DNA of 63,383 nucleotides, filler included, from Kipferlia bialata (Eukaryota), in assembly GCA_003568945.1 (NCBI GenBank). It is 5 parts of 5 records of this genome, joined end to end, with 100 filler letters (N's around TTAATTAATTAA, not from the genome) between each part and the next. Parts side by side here need not be neighbours in the genome. Positions count along the whole stretch, not along the records: positions 31,234 to 58,413 come from BDIP01000027.1; 4 more parts are not named here. One strand, written 5' to 3'. A program made the position numbers and the translations under genes. The notes under the pieces are model-generated. The model was not told the origin of the DNA and did not search any database. It saw only the letters and a list, made by a program, of their open reading frames with translations. This document shows, piece by piece, positions 38,401 through 53,400 of the stretch. Positions within the stretch are counted from its first letter, which is position 1, and each line of letters begins with the position of its first letter.

Positions 38401-41400
38401 GACGAGGTCGTCAGCGGGGAGGGCGAGGAGGGAAGACGCAACAGCAGAGAGGGCGGAGGTGTCTGTCTCGGAGGCAGAGAGGTAGGAGATGGAGGCGTTG
38501 AGCAGTGCGATGGACACATCTGTGTCTCCTGTCTCGTTGGCTGTGTTGATATCACTGCTGAGACTTGCAATGTAGGATGCAGTGTCTGTGCCTGGTCTGA
38601 TGGCCACTGAGATAGAGGTGGCACTCTCGTAGAAGGTGGAGGCGCCGATAGCGTCATAGACCCACACCCCAATGTAGACATCACCCACCAAGGGGATGAG
38701 TGCAGAGACAGAGCGCGCAGAGCTCCTGGCCTGTAGGGTGGAGGTGCTAGTCTCACCCTCCAGCCTACCCGTGAAGGAGTATGTCAGTGGTGACATGTTG
38801 CTGATGGCCACCCATCCAGAGGTAGACAGGGCAACCCTATCGTCGTGGTACATGTCACTGGTAGTGCTGTCAGAATCAGTCACCACGGTTAGGGACCCAG
38901 AGATGGGGCCTGAGTGGGTGGTGAAGGTCTCTGTGCTGCTGGAGATACCATTCTCATCGGCCACTGTGAGGCTGAATGCATACTCTGTGAGTGGAAGCAG
39001 GACGTCAGAGGCCAGGACAAGGTTGGGAGTGGTCAGGGTCTCTGAGAGCACAACGTCCTCGTCAGTGAGGTCCAGATTGGGTCCAGCTGTCTGCTGCCAG
39101 AGATACACGATGTCATCCCCTGTGGAGGAGGAGGCGACACCCGATAGGGAGACCTGGGAGGACACCACCACGACAGAGGGAGTGTGGGTGACAGACACCA
39201 AGGGCAGGGCGGTGGACACTACGGTGATGGTGGTGGTGGCGTCTGAGGTGTACTCCTGTCCCTCCAGGGTACGGGTGGCACGGAGAGATACAGAGTAGTC
39301 AGAGGGGGTGGCCCCGCTCACGTCCAGCACCACCTGCGACCCGTCAGTCTCCATAGATGTGACTGCCCAGCTGGAGGGGAGGGTCCACTCCAGGGTGTCG
39401 AAGTGCTCAGAGCAGGAGGAGAGGGTGAGGGGCAGCACAGAGTTGACAACGACAGAGGCAGTGCTGACACAGGCAGAGGGAGAGGCATAGGGAGTGTCGA
39501 TGAGGACAGAGGTGGTGCCAGAGACAGCCTCAGTGTCGGTGCTGGGGTAGCTGCCAGAGACAGTGACTGTGTGCTGGGTGTTCTCCCCAAAGGAGAGAGC
39601 GGGGATGACGGCATAAGGTCTAGTGAATGCGGCAAAGGTATCTGCCAGTCCAGCACAGTCGGGTCCCTCAGTGCATGTCCAGACAAAGCTGATGGTACCG
39701 GCCTGGGAAACGGTTGGGTGCTCAGCACGCACCCTTAGAGCAATGGCGTCTCCTAGGGTGACTGACTGTGTGTTGCCCTGCTCCATGGAGAGAGTGGGGG
39801 CGATGCTACCAGACACAGAGAGTATCTTGGAGGTGGAGGAGGAGTAGCCCAGGACGGATGTGACAGTGAGGGTGATTAGGTAGTCATTGCCAGGGGACAG
39901 CACTGCGGCAGCATTGAAGGAGAGAGAGGCACCAGACAAGTCGATGTCCTCTGTGAAGGGGGATAGGTTGGGGTTGCCTGAGTTCGTGATGGTCCACTCA
40001 TAGACAAGGGCCCTGGAGAAGGTGCCAACAGAGTCAGACTCCTGGCCCGACAGTGTGACGGAGGCATCCTTGTACACAGAGGATGGGCCAGTGATGACGG
40101 CAACTGGGGTGGGGGGGTTGTCGGGGGAGCTGACGTCGAAGGAGAGGCCATCTCCCAGGGCGCATGGGGCCGATGCCTCCCCTGTCGCTGTCTGTGCTTG
40201 TACAGACAGGCCAGACAGGAGGGAGAGGACATCAGTGCCGGGGAGGAAGGTGAGGGAGGAGCCGAAGAACACAGTGAGGGTGCTACCAGTGCCATAGACG
40301 TCAGAGCTGGTCTTAACCACGCACTGTGCCCCTGTGCCAAAGCTAGATGCGGTGGCGGTGTCAAAGAGGGAGGAGCAGGGGAAGGAACCAGTCTCTGCGA
40401 AGGAGACGCTGCTTATGGTTCCCGTGAAGTGGGTGAGGTCGTCGGACACGGTGAGGGCAGAGGCAGAGGGGGTGAGATACACAGTGACAGTGGTCTCATC
40501 AGAGAGGCCGTTGGTGTCGGTGACGGACACGGGCACCTCGATCTTGACGGAAGAGACCTCGGCGTCAGAGACAGCAGCCAGTGGGGCATGTACCTTGATA
40601 CCCAGGTGGGAGAGGGCCTCAGTTAGGGCCGTTGGGTATCCAGTGAATGTGAACTCGGTGGATGATGCCTTGACTGCTGCTGTGCCTGTGCAGCCATCTG
40701 CGTAGACACACACTGTATCAATGGAGAGGGAGGGCACCTCAACACCGTCAGAGTCAGTGACAGTACTAGGTATAGAGAGGGTGACAGTGAGGGATGTGCT
40801 CTCGACAGATGACACACTGGGCATGGCATAGAGAGTGGAGCCCAGGGGCATGTACTGTGCAGAGGGGACAGAGAGAACAGGGGCATCTGGGACAGACACC
40901 ACGTCCATGGGGATGGTGGTCTGTGTCACAAGGTCCCTAGAGGGGCAGGACACAGTGGCATAGAGGTACTCTGACCCGAAGAAGTCGGCATCGGGTATGT
41001 AGCAGCACTCACTCAGGAGGGCATTGAGGGCAGAGGGCCCAGCCGCAGAGAGGGAGAGGACAGAGAGGTGGGGACCAGCACAGGCTGCGTCCTCCGTGAA
41101 TGATCCATGGAGGCTGGACAGAGAGAGAGAGAGGGTGTCAGTCTGTGCCTCAGGGTAGAGGGGCAGGTGCTCAATCTCGACGAAGCCCATAGTAACGGAA
41201 GTGTCCTCTGGTGTGGATACAGCATCAGAAACACTGACCACGGGGTAGTCAGCCACACCCACTGACACTCTGTTGCAGAACACAACAGTGCCATAGGACT
41301 CGACCTGGCCAGAGTAGTCTCCAGCCACATACTGGGTGTATGCAGGCATGCCGGACCCAAGCAGGGCAGAGTGACCAGTAGAGAGGGCAGAGGCGTCCGC

Positions 41401-44400
41401 CAGACAGTATGTGACATGGCCAGAGTACTCAGCGTCAACAGTACCATCTGCCACACACGACACAGACAGAGACAGGTCGGCAGCATCTGCGGCAGATACA
41501 GCATCTAGAGTGGCAGGTGTGCCCACCCTGTCTCCAGCCTCAGACACACTGCCATACCCGAGGTGCAGGGAGCAGGATGCGGTGGACGGGAGAGAGGTAA
41601 GGGAGAGAGCAGCCGTGACATGCAGAGAGGTGACATCATTGAGTGACACGTCAAAGTCCAGGTCCCTGGTGAAGACTGAGCCTGAGTTGGCTGCCAGGGC
41701 TATGGGCTGCATGGTGGCTGGGGTGGCTGAGGCAGTGACCGTGGTCCACCTCTCTGTGTACACGGTGGAGAAGGAGTATGCCACTGCACTGGTGGTGCCG
41801 ACAGAGTATGTGAGGGTGTCGGCAGAGGGATAGGAGGTGGCAGCGGAAGGGGTGTAGACTAGGGTGTCAGCGGCTAGGAGGACCTGGGCGAGGGGTCCAG
41901 TGACAGTGACAGAGTGTGCGTCAGGGTATGTCACACTCACTGCCTCAGATAGAGACACAGACATGGCCACGGAGGCATAGGACCCGGAGACACAGGAGGA
42001 GGTGAGGGACACAGTCATATCAGCGTCTGCCCCCTCCTTCATGGCCAGAGTGGCAGAGCGGAAGGGTCTCAGAGAGTTGAAGGGTGCGGCATCCACAACT
42101 GAGGGCACACCCACTAACTGTAAGGGGAACCCATGCTCAACTGCACAGGAGGGGCCAGAGTATCCAGCGTCACACATGCAGAGAGCCGAGGAGTCTGTCT
42201 CACTCTCCACACCCACGCTGCCTCCATGGACACAGGACTTGTAGGACAAGGGGGCGTCGTAGACAGAGACGTAGAGAGAGTCTGAGGCAGAGATGGTGGC
42301 GTCAGCGTTGGTCACCTGTACAGTCACAGTGACGGGGGAGTACTTGGCGACCTGGGTGGGGTGGGCAGAGGCAGAGACGGTGACTGGGAAGGTGCCTGAC
42401 GCACTGTCATAGGCACCGACAGAGTGCGTGAACTCGGCCCCATCAGACATGGAGACAGAGAACACCAGGGAGCTGTCGCTGATAGTGTTGCCGTACACAT
42501 CGCTGACCGATGCGTAGAGCACTAGGTCCTCATCGAGTACGGTGTATGCACGGGCTGAGGAGAGAGTAGTGGCACTGACGTCAACGGGAGAGACAGCTAC
42601 AGTCTCAGAGACACCGGTGGTGGACCCATTGAGGTCAACGACACAGGTCACGTCTCCAGCGACTGTGAATCCCGGCACTGACATGAACCAGACCTCAGCG
42701 GCATACACATAGGACACGTCAGCAGAGACAGACCCTGTCACAGACTCATGGGTGCATGTCACAGCCACATCGACAAACGAGTCATAGATGTATGCGGCGT
42801 TGGCTGTGTCGAGCAGAGAGACTGTGCCTGTGAGGGCATCCCCAGCAGACACCGGGTTGAGGGACAGCACTGTGCTGCTGGTGTCGAGGGGGGGCACAGA
42901 GAAGAGGACCTCGAGGGGCACCTTGGCTACACCGAGGGTGACCCCTGCGGCAGAGGAGAGTGAGAGGTCAATCCGGTCGAATGTATCAGCGTAGACTGTG
43001 GACAGGACAGTACTGGTGTATGATACAGCAGCAGCCACCGAGGGCATGTTGGCCAGAGTGGCAGTGACAGACAGACACCCAGAGACGGAGGAGTCAGATG
43101 AGACAAGACCGGTGGTGGATGCATCGATTGAGAGGTCACCGGCCTGGGCACAGACAGACAGAACCAAGGGTGTGTCAGCCATGTAGAGAGTGTCACTGGC
43201 AATGGAAGCAGAGACACCCACAGGCATGACGCTGACTGGGAAGAGGGAATCCTCCCGGTCCATACTGAGTCCACTGACAACATCGGTGAACCCAACAGCA
43301 CTCTCTGAGACGAGAGAGCCACAGGCTGCACCTGCATAGCCCATGTCACAGACACAGCTGGCTGAGAAGGACCCCTCTGCTGATACACAGGTACCAGTGG
43401 CGGAGGCACAGGAGGCACAGCTGGCAGATGTCTCAACAACACGCAGGAAGAGGGAGGGCAGGGTAGTACCGTCCACGGTCACTGAGACCTCCTGGGTCAC
43501 GCCAGATAGGGCACCTGCAGTGAAGGTACCGACAGATAGACCTGTAGATGCCTCATCCACCAGCGTCACAGACTCAGGGGATGTGAGGGTGAGGACAGCG
43601 CTGGTAGAGGTGCTAGACACAACGTTGTCGAACTGGTCTCTGAGCTGAACAGAGACAGCCACACTGCTGCTAGGTGCCACCGCATAGGTATCCAGCCAGT
43701 AGAGGGAGTGGGCAGAGTTGTGAGCCCCAGCCTGCACAGATACGTATGACGTCTGGCTCCACTCGACACCCTCCTTGAGCTCAGTGACAGAGACTGTTAT
43801 ACCGACAGTCCCTGCGGCAGTGAGGGTGGCTGAGGTGGAGTACACACCAGCAGCATAGTCAACAGTGGCAGATACCCCGTCCACACTCATGCTGACATCT
43901 AGGACAGAGGGGTATGTGAAGGTGGCACCGTCCTCAGAGAACACAGTCATCTGCACATTGACAGAGTCACCGGCGACAGAGGTAGCAGGGACCACCAGGG
44001 AAATGGCATCGTAGTCTAGAGCAGGGGCAGCGAAGATGACGTCCACTGCGAGAGCGGTAGTGGCACCAGTGCCGAGCAAGAGGGTGATGGTGTCACTGTC
44101 GGTGTCAAGAGGACCAGTGAGGACAGAGGGTGTGTAGAGCAGGTTGTACCCAGCTGTGTATACATCCTGCACAGTGCCGGTGAGGTTGATGGTGTGGCTG
44201 TTGCCAACCACCACATCCACACCAGAGTGAGTACCATCGAGGGATAGGGTACCAGAGACACAGGACACGCTGAGGGAGATGGAGGTGTCTGCCCCATACA
44301 CTGTAGAGTCCAGCTGGGCATAGGTCAGGGGGGACAGGGTCTCCTGCATGGTGATGAGGTGTGCTAGGACAGGGGTGGTGAAACCAGCAGGGGAGGCATC

Positions 44401-47400
44401 AGCGAGACAGGCCTCCTTGGATATAGTGGTGGCACTGTCATCTCCCTCTAGTACCAGTGCCCTGCTCTGATAGTACCCAGACCCAGCAGTGCAGACGGTG
44501 CTGCTGTTACCGGCCACGGGCTGTAGCACAGTGAGCTTCCTCACGTAGGATGCCGTGGCCCCATCTATCGTGATGTACATGTCAAGTGTGGTGAATGTGC
44601 CTCTGGAGGAGACCGAGTCCAGGTCAGCACCAGACACAGTGAGTGAGTAGACACCCTCGGAGACAGGCATAGTCTGGCAGAGGGTACCCACACACAGCTG
44701 AACAGCGGCAGAGTCTGAGGCCGTGGGGCTGTTGTCCTCGTCCATCAGCTGTACAGAGGCAGATACCGACCCGTCTGCAAAGATGGCCAGGGGTCCAAGG
44801 GTCACGTCGGTGTTGGCAACGACATAACTGGCGTTGACAACGTCGACAGAGACGGCAGAACCAGCAACCTCCGACCCAATGTATGCGTTGCACTCTCCTG
44901 AGCACTCTCCAGTGAAGGTGAGGGCAATGGAGTACACATTGGATGTTGTGCTAGAGGTGTCCTTTGAGAGGACACCCCCTGAGGTGGACATGACGGCACA
45001 GGCAGAGGGGCAGGACAGAGAGACAGCGTCAGAGATGGGCTCGGTCACTGCGATACCGTACTCATCGTATAGAGAGACAGAGGCAGAGACAATGCCACCC
45101 ACGACCGAGGAGGAGGGGATGGAGAACACGGAGTCATCAGCGGAGACAGCGGGTGTGTGTGTGACAACCACTGAGAGCGACTCAGAGGAGAGGTCTGTGT
45201 ACACTGTAGGCACAGCCGGGGAGGGGCTGGTGGCTGTGGTGTACTGGTAGGCATAGGACAGGGTGGTCTGCACAGAGTATGCCTTGGGGGCATCCGCTGG
45301 GTCTGTGTCTGGGAACGTGCATGTCACAGCCCTAGCAGCCACACCGAGTAGACCATGAGAGGCACTCACAACAGCGACATTGCTTGATGTACTGGTAACC
45401 GCGTAGTCAGACAAGGCGTCTGGCAGGCTAGCCACCACGGCCACACTGCTAGATGGGCACCTGACCTTGAGCCTGTCCCACCTCTGTGCATCAGTGTACA
45501 CACCGAGAGAGGTGCTGGGGGGGATGGAGGCAGAGGTGAAGGATGGGTTGGACACAGCTGGCATCAAGGAGAGGACAGGGAGTGCATCGAGTGAGGCACT
45601 CTGACGGTCCTGGGTCACGAAGGGAGCGACCTTGGGTGTAGTGAATGGAGAGGAAGAGTCCGTCTTGGAGCATGCACCACCGGTGGAGCCAGGTGCACAC
45701 ACGCAGGCGGAGTCCCCTGAGTATGTCTGGGCACATGTGGCTGAGGCATCACACTGGGGGCAGGTGGCAGAGGCAGTGACTGCGGTGACATACACACTCA
45801 GGACAGTCTCTCCAAGCACAACCACAGACACACCCGTGGTGTCACCTGCCTCAGCTGAGGAGGGGATGGTGACATCAACAGAGTAGGAGGTGGTCTGGGT
45901 GTCGCACGTGTGTGTGGTCACCACACTGTCGACCAGAGACTGGATGTCCCCTGCACACACTGGGTTGAGGAGGGAGTCACGGGCTGTGACAGTGAGGGAG
46001 ATGGTATCCCCGGCCTGTCCTATCAGTGTATCTGCATAGACAGAGGTGAGGGAGGCAGATGCGGGGAGGGCAGTGACTGTGAGGGTGGCAGTGGCCACAG
46101 TCTGTCCATCCACTAGGGCAGAACAGGTGTAGGATCCAGCAGTAGAGGGAGCAGTCATACTGTTTGCCTCAAGGGAGTATGTGCTGGTCAGACTCTCGTA
46201 TGTCATGGTACCTACTCCATCGATACCCGCACAGGATAGAGAGGGAGAGAATGCAGTGACGGGGGTGCCGTCGGCATAGAGGAGGGACAGAGAGGCTCCC
46301 TCGATAGCTGTGCCAGCTGTTACAGAGTCCATAGACAGGACAGCACTGTCAAGGCCACTGGTCACGACCTGCATGGAAGAGGTCTGGGAGAGGCTGGCGT
46401 AGTACTCACTCCTCACGCTGAACTGGATGTCTGAGCTGCAGCCTGACAGGGCAGAGCACTCTGGGGAGAATGAGAGCAGCTGTCCCACAGCTATAAGGCC
46501 AGGGGCATCGCAAGTGACTCCAACAGAAGAGGAGGTAGTGGACGAAGACACAGAGCACGACGCGGGGAAGGATGCATCACTGGAGTCCAGAGCGAGACTG
46601 CCGCTGTCGGCTGTCACAAGCAGAGTCCAGTTATCCTTGCGGAACCCACTCTCTAGGAGAGAAGCAGCGGAGGACATGACAGGGAGGAGAGCCACAGACT
46701 CTGCGAAGGGTGTGAGGACAGAGGAGTGGGTGAGAGACACACTGGTGTCTGCATATCCAAATCCAACCGCAACACTGCTAAGAGAGTCACATAGGTCTCC
46801 ACTGTACCCGGCTGCACACCTGCACACACTGACCCCACTGTCTGTGACACACACACCATATGCACCACAGTCAAGGTCAGAGCAGACAGGGCCAGAGGGG
46901 AGAGGTCCAGCAGAGGCCACAACAGCACCATCCACCAGCACAGAGGCCGAGGCAGCGGTGGACTGGAGAGCCAGAGATGCCTCGTAGTGACCTGTGGTGG
47001 CTGTGTCCTGGGAGTATGTCATGGCTGAGGCATACACACCGTACTGGACCAGGACAGAGAGGTCGTTGTCATTGGCCACGTTTCCATAGGAGTCGCGTAG
47101 GTAGAGAGAGAGAGAGACGGTTCCATCTGCGTTGGGGGTGACGTTGGCCACAGACATGGAATAGTCCACCTCCCCAGCCACCATCTGCTGCTCCACCTCT
47201 AGCACGGCATACCCTCCTACATACACTGTGCACTGCAGAGAGGCAGAGTCAGTGGGGACAACGAGGTCGGACACGGTGGTCCAGTTGGTAGAGGCATCGG
47301 TGTATGTCATGTCTGTCTCGGACTGTCCACAGAGTAGGGACACGTCGAAGAGGGTGGAGAAGACGTCAGCAGAGGAAGTGGCATAGACCATATCCAGAGA

Positions 47401-50400
47401 GGCGCCGATGCTGTCACCAGGGGCAGGATCAGCAGTAAGTGTCAGGGACAGAGAGGCAGTGTCGAGGGAGGGTGTGACAACGGTGAGAGTGGTGGATACG
47501 GAGTACCCGTTGGACTCGAAAGACACTGTCAATGTCTCAGTGCCACCAAGGGGAGACTGAACAGAGGGTGTCACAACGACCTTGGATAGAGCATACCCAA
47601 CAGTCTCTGGGGTTCCAGAGAGGGTGAGGGTGTGGGAGGAGGAGGTGTAGGTGTCAGCCACTGTGAATGCAGTGGAGTCCACAGCTGAGGTGTCAAAGAG
47701 TGTGGCCCTGTAACCAGTGACAGCCACGGTGGCAGAGGCAGACCTGACCTCACTCCTGCTGACAGAGTCAACGAGGGAGGTGAGCATAGGACCGGAGGAG
47801 ACGAAGGGGGAGACAGCCTGTCCATGGACCAGCTCAACAGAGGAGAGAGACTGGGGGAAGGCATAGAGACCGGTGACAGAGGCGGTGGTATCCTCGAGAC
47901 AGAGAGCTGACTCGGAAACAGCACTATCGACACACAGACCAGCACATGATATGCCGCACTCAGAGCTCGCAGCATACACGTAGACAGGCAGAGCAGGACC
48001 GGCCTCACCGTCCACAGACAGCACGAGATCAACTGCTGTGTTGGCAGTGAGGGTCATGTCCCCGAGGAAGGAGAGGGTGCCGTGGAAGACACCCACCCCA
48101 GACGAGGTCTCAGAGTAGGAGAGAGACCCCAGGGAGCTGTTGCCTAGGCTCACAGTCACAGTGTGACTGGAGTCGTAGACGGGGATGAAGCTGGCGTCAC
48201 GGAGCACTGCCCTGACAGAGAGAGAAGTGGATGTGGTCAGGAGGGAGGGCACGTATGTGACGAGGGTCCTGGCCACGTCTGGCTCAGCTGCCTGGACATA
48301 GGTGGAGAGGGTGTTGGGGGAGGTGTCGCTGCCAATCACAGCCACGCACACAACCTCAACATCGTCATATCCCACAGTCACACTCCCACTGGCCACGTCG
48401 TATGTGCCAGCTGTAGCAGACTGGGTGAGGGAGAGGGTGGAGGGGGAGGCACTCAGGGCATCGGCAGAGCTAGCACAGCGTAGGGAGACAGCTAGGCTTG
48501 TGGAGTAGGGTGTACCGTCATGGTACTGCAGCACCAGGGAGCCAGAGGAGAGCGTGGAGCCCGGCACGACGTCCTGTCCGAATGTGAGGGAGGTGAGAGC
48601 TGTGTCGATGCCAGAGGACATGACAGAGCGGGTGACTGCCTCTGTAGAGTACTCTACTGTATCCAGGGCCCATGAGACAGTGGCAGAGAGAGACACCTCC
48701 TCTGCGAAGGGAGAGGCGCTTGTCACAGCCATCTGAACATGCTGGAGAGCAGAAGCCATGGTGTTACCAGACAAGGGGCATGCAATGGACATGGGAGAGG
48801 TGCCAACGGTGCAGCCTGAGGGGAGGCTCCCACTATCAACAGTGAGGGTACCCTGTGTCCCAGCCTCCAGTGCCACCGAGTAGACAGCAGCAGAGTGCAT
48901 GTCAGAGGAGAGGTATGCGGCAGAGGGGAGGGAGGGCAGGAGGGGCATCTCAAGGAAGGGGTACACCTCAGTCACAGACTCTGGTAGGTATACAGCACTG
49001 GGTGCGTATGCATATGCAAGGGGGGAGGATGTGTAGGTTGGTGTGGCGCACGATGAGCCAGAGAGAGAGGGAGGGCATAGGCATGCTGCATCTCCAGACC
49101 CAGAGTCATAGCAGAGAGAGGTCTCTCCCTCACACTCAAGACAGGTAGAGGACTCAGTGTATACAGGCACGTCCACAGAGGGAAGGGTCTCCCCGGCCAC
49201 AGATAGCTCAAGAGACACAGAGTGAGACACACCGGACAGATCGTACACTCCGTTGTACACTGTCTCAGTGCCAACCTGGGTCCATACCACAGACCCACTC
49301 AGAGCCACAGGAGGGGTGGCCACGGTGCAGGTGTTCATGTACTGGTCCCTGCCAACATACAGCACAGTCATGGCTGCAGAAGACATGTCTGTGACAGTCA
49401 ATACAGAGTGGGCAGGCACAATGGCACCACTGGACACAGAGATAGGGGTGGACAGGGAGGGCAGGTCGGTCCCACTCACACTGAGTGTGTACTCACCAGA
49501 GAGGGTCATGGAGAGGACACCCGTGTATGTGGTGGCTCCAACACCCACAAGGGTAAGGGGAAGCTCACTCACAAGTGTGCCGTCATCACTAGTCACGGAG
49601 ACTGTAACGGATGCAGCGTCAGTGACTATGTTGGAGTACTCATCCAGGAGGCTCAGGGAGACAGTGGTATCATCCCCTGCAGACACAGAGGAAGAGGGCA
49701 CTGTCAGTGTGGACTCAGCGGCAGAAGGGGAAGCAGGGGACACAGTGATACTGAGGCTGGTGCTACCATTGGTAGACCCAGAGACAGCGGCAGAGAGAGA
49801 GGTGGCCTGGGTGCATGCGTCAGTGCGCTGAATGGTGCTCTGGTAGACACCAGATGTCTCGATCAGAGACATTGTGACATCAACCACGGAGGCGTCACAC
49901 ATCGAGTAGGAGAGGGTGACTGGGGAGGATGTGATCCTGTTGAGCTGGGTGTCAACGAGGGTGACCCTCACCACTATGTCCTCTCCTGCCACGAATGCGT
50001 CTGCCACTCCCGTGGTGCCACTCATCATGGTGGAGACGGAGGAGGCAGAGTAGTCGACAGGGCCAGTGGTGACCTCGAAGGTGGAGGTGGTGTGCTCGAC
50101 ACGGGAGGACCCAGAGCCAGACACAAGAACACCAGTGAACTCGGAACAGGCATAGACAAACACTGTGTCGGTGTTGGTGTATGCAGTTCCATCGTAGGAT
50201 AGAGCAATCGAGGCGGCCTGGGTGAGGGCACAGCCAGTGTACTCGATGGTGGGGCTCTCCACTGTGACCGCGTTGTCATACTCATCCTCAAAGGTAGCGG
50301 AGAGGGTGTAGGTGGTACCAGCCTGGTACTGGGCCAGGGGGGCGAACCCAAAGCTCTTCAGGGCGCCTGGCCACACCACGACAGGGGTGGTTGCGCCGGA

Positions 50401-53400
50401 TACATCCTCCAGCTCCTCGCCATCGACTGCGATGCTGATAGATAGACCAGAAGAACATGCAAGGGTGAGGTCGTCGGCAGTTCCTGCGTAGACACCGTCC
50501 TCCCCAGTCACGAGGTCCAGAGCCACCGTCCACCACCTGTTGCACCCAGTGAGAGTGACAGACACAGATGCGTCACTGATGGGGTTGAGGTAGGCGTCGA
50601 CCAGGGAGAGAGAGAGGGAAACGTCCTCCCCTGCACTGATGGACCTGCTGGAGACAGAGAGAGTACACTCAGAGGCTGCGGCATCGGCAGGGACCACAGT
50701 CACAGTGCGGGTGAGGGTAGTGGCAGCGCCATACACACTCACACCCACTACCAGGTTACCAACCGCTGTGCTGCTAAGGGTGCCAGTGTGCACGCCGCCT
50801 GCCCCACTGTAGACCAGGGCAACAGAGATGGAGGTGGACCCGTTCGCCATGGTGGCCTGGACCTCGGAGCTGATCTTGTTGCCGTGGCTATCGATCAGGG
50901 TGGTGGATACATCGAAGGCCTCACCAGCTGCCACAGAGGAGGTGGGCACATCCAGCTCCCACAGGTTGGTGGAGGGTGCACCGGTACCAACAGTCAGAGA
51001 GACAGTGGAGGAGGCTAGCTCAGAGTCGATGCGAAGACGCAGCTCGTACTCGCCAGCGATGGTGAAGAGAGTGGAGTCTGCAGTGTAGAGATCCTTCTGC
51101 GTGGCGTCCTGTGTCAGCACCTGCTCTGTCTCGGGTATGGCCGCATTGGAGGGGTGGGAGGCTATGACCAGGGCCACAGAGGGGGTGGCAGACACGTTGA
51201 GGTTGCCGCAGGAGTCTCTGACACGGACGGAGATGGGGAGGGAGCTGTCAGGGTCATGGACACCAAAGGCTGACACGCTGCTGTTGTCGGCGGAGAGACC
51301 CCCTGTGACCACAGTGACAGTGCCGCTGAGACTGGTCAGAGGTGCACCTGCCACGGACATGGAGAGGGTGTATGTACCGATATCACTGAAGTCTGTGGAT
51401 GTGGAGTAGACATACTCCCCAAGGGTGGAGGCTGAGGGGGAGAGAGTGAAGGGTCCAATGCTGTCGGATCCGTCGGGTGGGACCACTGACACCACCACTG
51501 AGTCGATGCCTCCGATGCCGTTGCCATACCCATCTGTCACTATGGCAGTCAGTGCCAGGGTGGAACAGGCAGGGTGCGACACAGACACAATGTGCGTGTA
51601 GGTATCGGTCCCATCCACGTACATCTCCCCAGCCACAACAACCAGGGTGGAGGGAGACTCGACTACCACATCATCGTGCTGAGGCAGCAGGGTGTAGTCT
51701 CCGGCAATGACAAAGTCAGTGGCTGAGTTGGCAGCCACTGTACCTGTGTACACACCCTGGGAGGTGTGGGTGAGGGACACCAGGGTAGCACCAGTGTAGC
51801 TAGCAGGGAAGGCCCTGGCATATGCCTTGACAGTACCAGTGGTGACTGGGTTGCTCCACTGGTCCTTGAGGGTGGCAGAGAGAGACAGAGCAGCACCGGC
51901 CACATGGCTAGACAGGGTGGGGGACGTGATGCTGCTAGTATCGGAGCTCACAGCTCCAACGCCAACAGACAGAGTGGTGGACCCGAAGGTCTGCTCAGTT
52001 CCATCGATGTCCAACTTGAGAGTGTAGTCTCCAGTGGCAACAACATCACCGGCAGTGGCGGTACCAGTGTAGGTTCCACCGCTAGAGTGTGTGGTAGTAA
52101 CTACGCTAGTCAGTGTGGCTCCGTTGTACACGTTGATGGCAACATCGGAGGCATCCATGACGGGGTTCTGGCAGGTGTCCTCGAGAGAGAGAGAGAGCTC
52201 GAGGGTGGCATCGGGGTTGTGTGTACCGGATACGGCAGTGACTGCACTGGCGCTGCTGACTGCCCCATGCACCGCAGTGACAGATGCAGGCATGGTGACA
52301 AGCTGAGAGGTGTCGGTGGCACTGAGGGTGTAGGTACCCACTGTTCCGAAGTCACTGGAGGAAGTGGTCAGGGTGTAGAGACCATCAGCCGAATGCTGCA
52401 GAGTGTAAGGACCAGTGATGGCCACATTGGCGTCGTTGGCTGTGACTGTGACTGTGACGGCAGAGTCTGTGATGGGGTTGTGGAACAGGTCTCTGAGATA
52501 GGCGCTGAGGGTGGTGGTGTCACATGCAACGTGGTCTGTGACATCGAGCAGGTGGCTGAGAGTGGTGTCTCCAGCAGAGTAGACAGGGTAGGAGGGGGTG
52601 ACTGTCAGGGTAGATGCAGCCCCAGTGATGACGCTGTCGTCCACCTTCAGCTTGAGGGTGTAGGCACCTGCCAATGTGATGGAGTCAGCATAGATGTATG
52701 CCTGATAGACATCGCCAGAGAGGGACATCTGGATAGGGGATGGGTTGACAAAGTCTGCAGGGGGGTCAGTCTTCTCAATGACCACATACACACTGGTGCT
52801 GGGGAGGGGGTTCATGTACTCATCCACGACATACGCCTCGATGGTGCCAAGCATGCCGGCCTCCAGGGTGACAGGGGTGATGCGTGTGTGTGTGCTATCG
52901 ACAACCATAGCAGACTCAGTCACAGTCAAGGTCTGGCCAGCAGACAGGATAACGTCATTCACCTTGAGCTTAAGAGTGTACTCACCGGCCTCATCGGACA
53001 GAGAGTCAGGAGCAGTGGCCTTGAACACACCGTTGGTGTCATATACCAGAGTCACAGAGGTGGCGCCAGTGTATCCAGTGGGTCCAGTGACCTCCACAGA
53101 CACCGTATCAGCCGGGTACCCTGTGATGTCGTTGCCCCACTGATCCACAAGATGGGCCTCTAGGGTCAGGACCTGGCCTGCAATGTGGCTGCTGAGACCA
53201 GAGGCAGAGAGGAGGGAGGCGCCGGTGTCACGGGGGGCACCATATCCGACGTTGACACTTGTGGACCCGTATGTCTGGGCATCACCAGCCACGGTAGGTC
53301 TGGCGGTGTATGCACCAGTGAGCACCACATCCCCGCTGGTGACATCGCCTGTGTAGACACCACTGCCAGCGTGTGTGAGAGTGAGTGTGCTTGTGACTGT

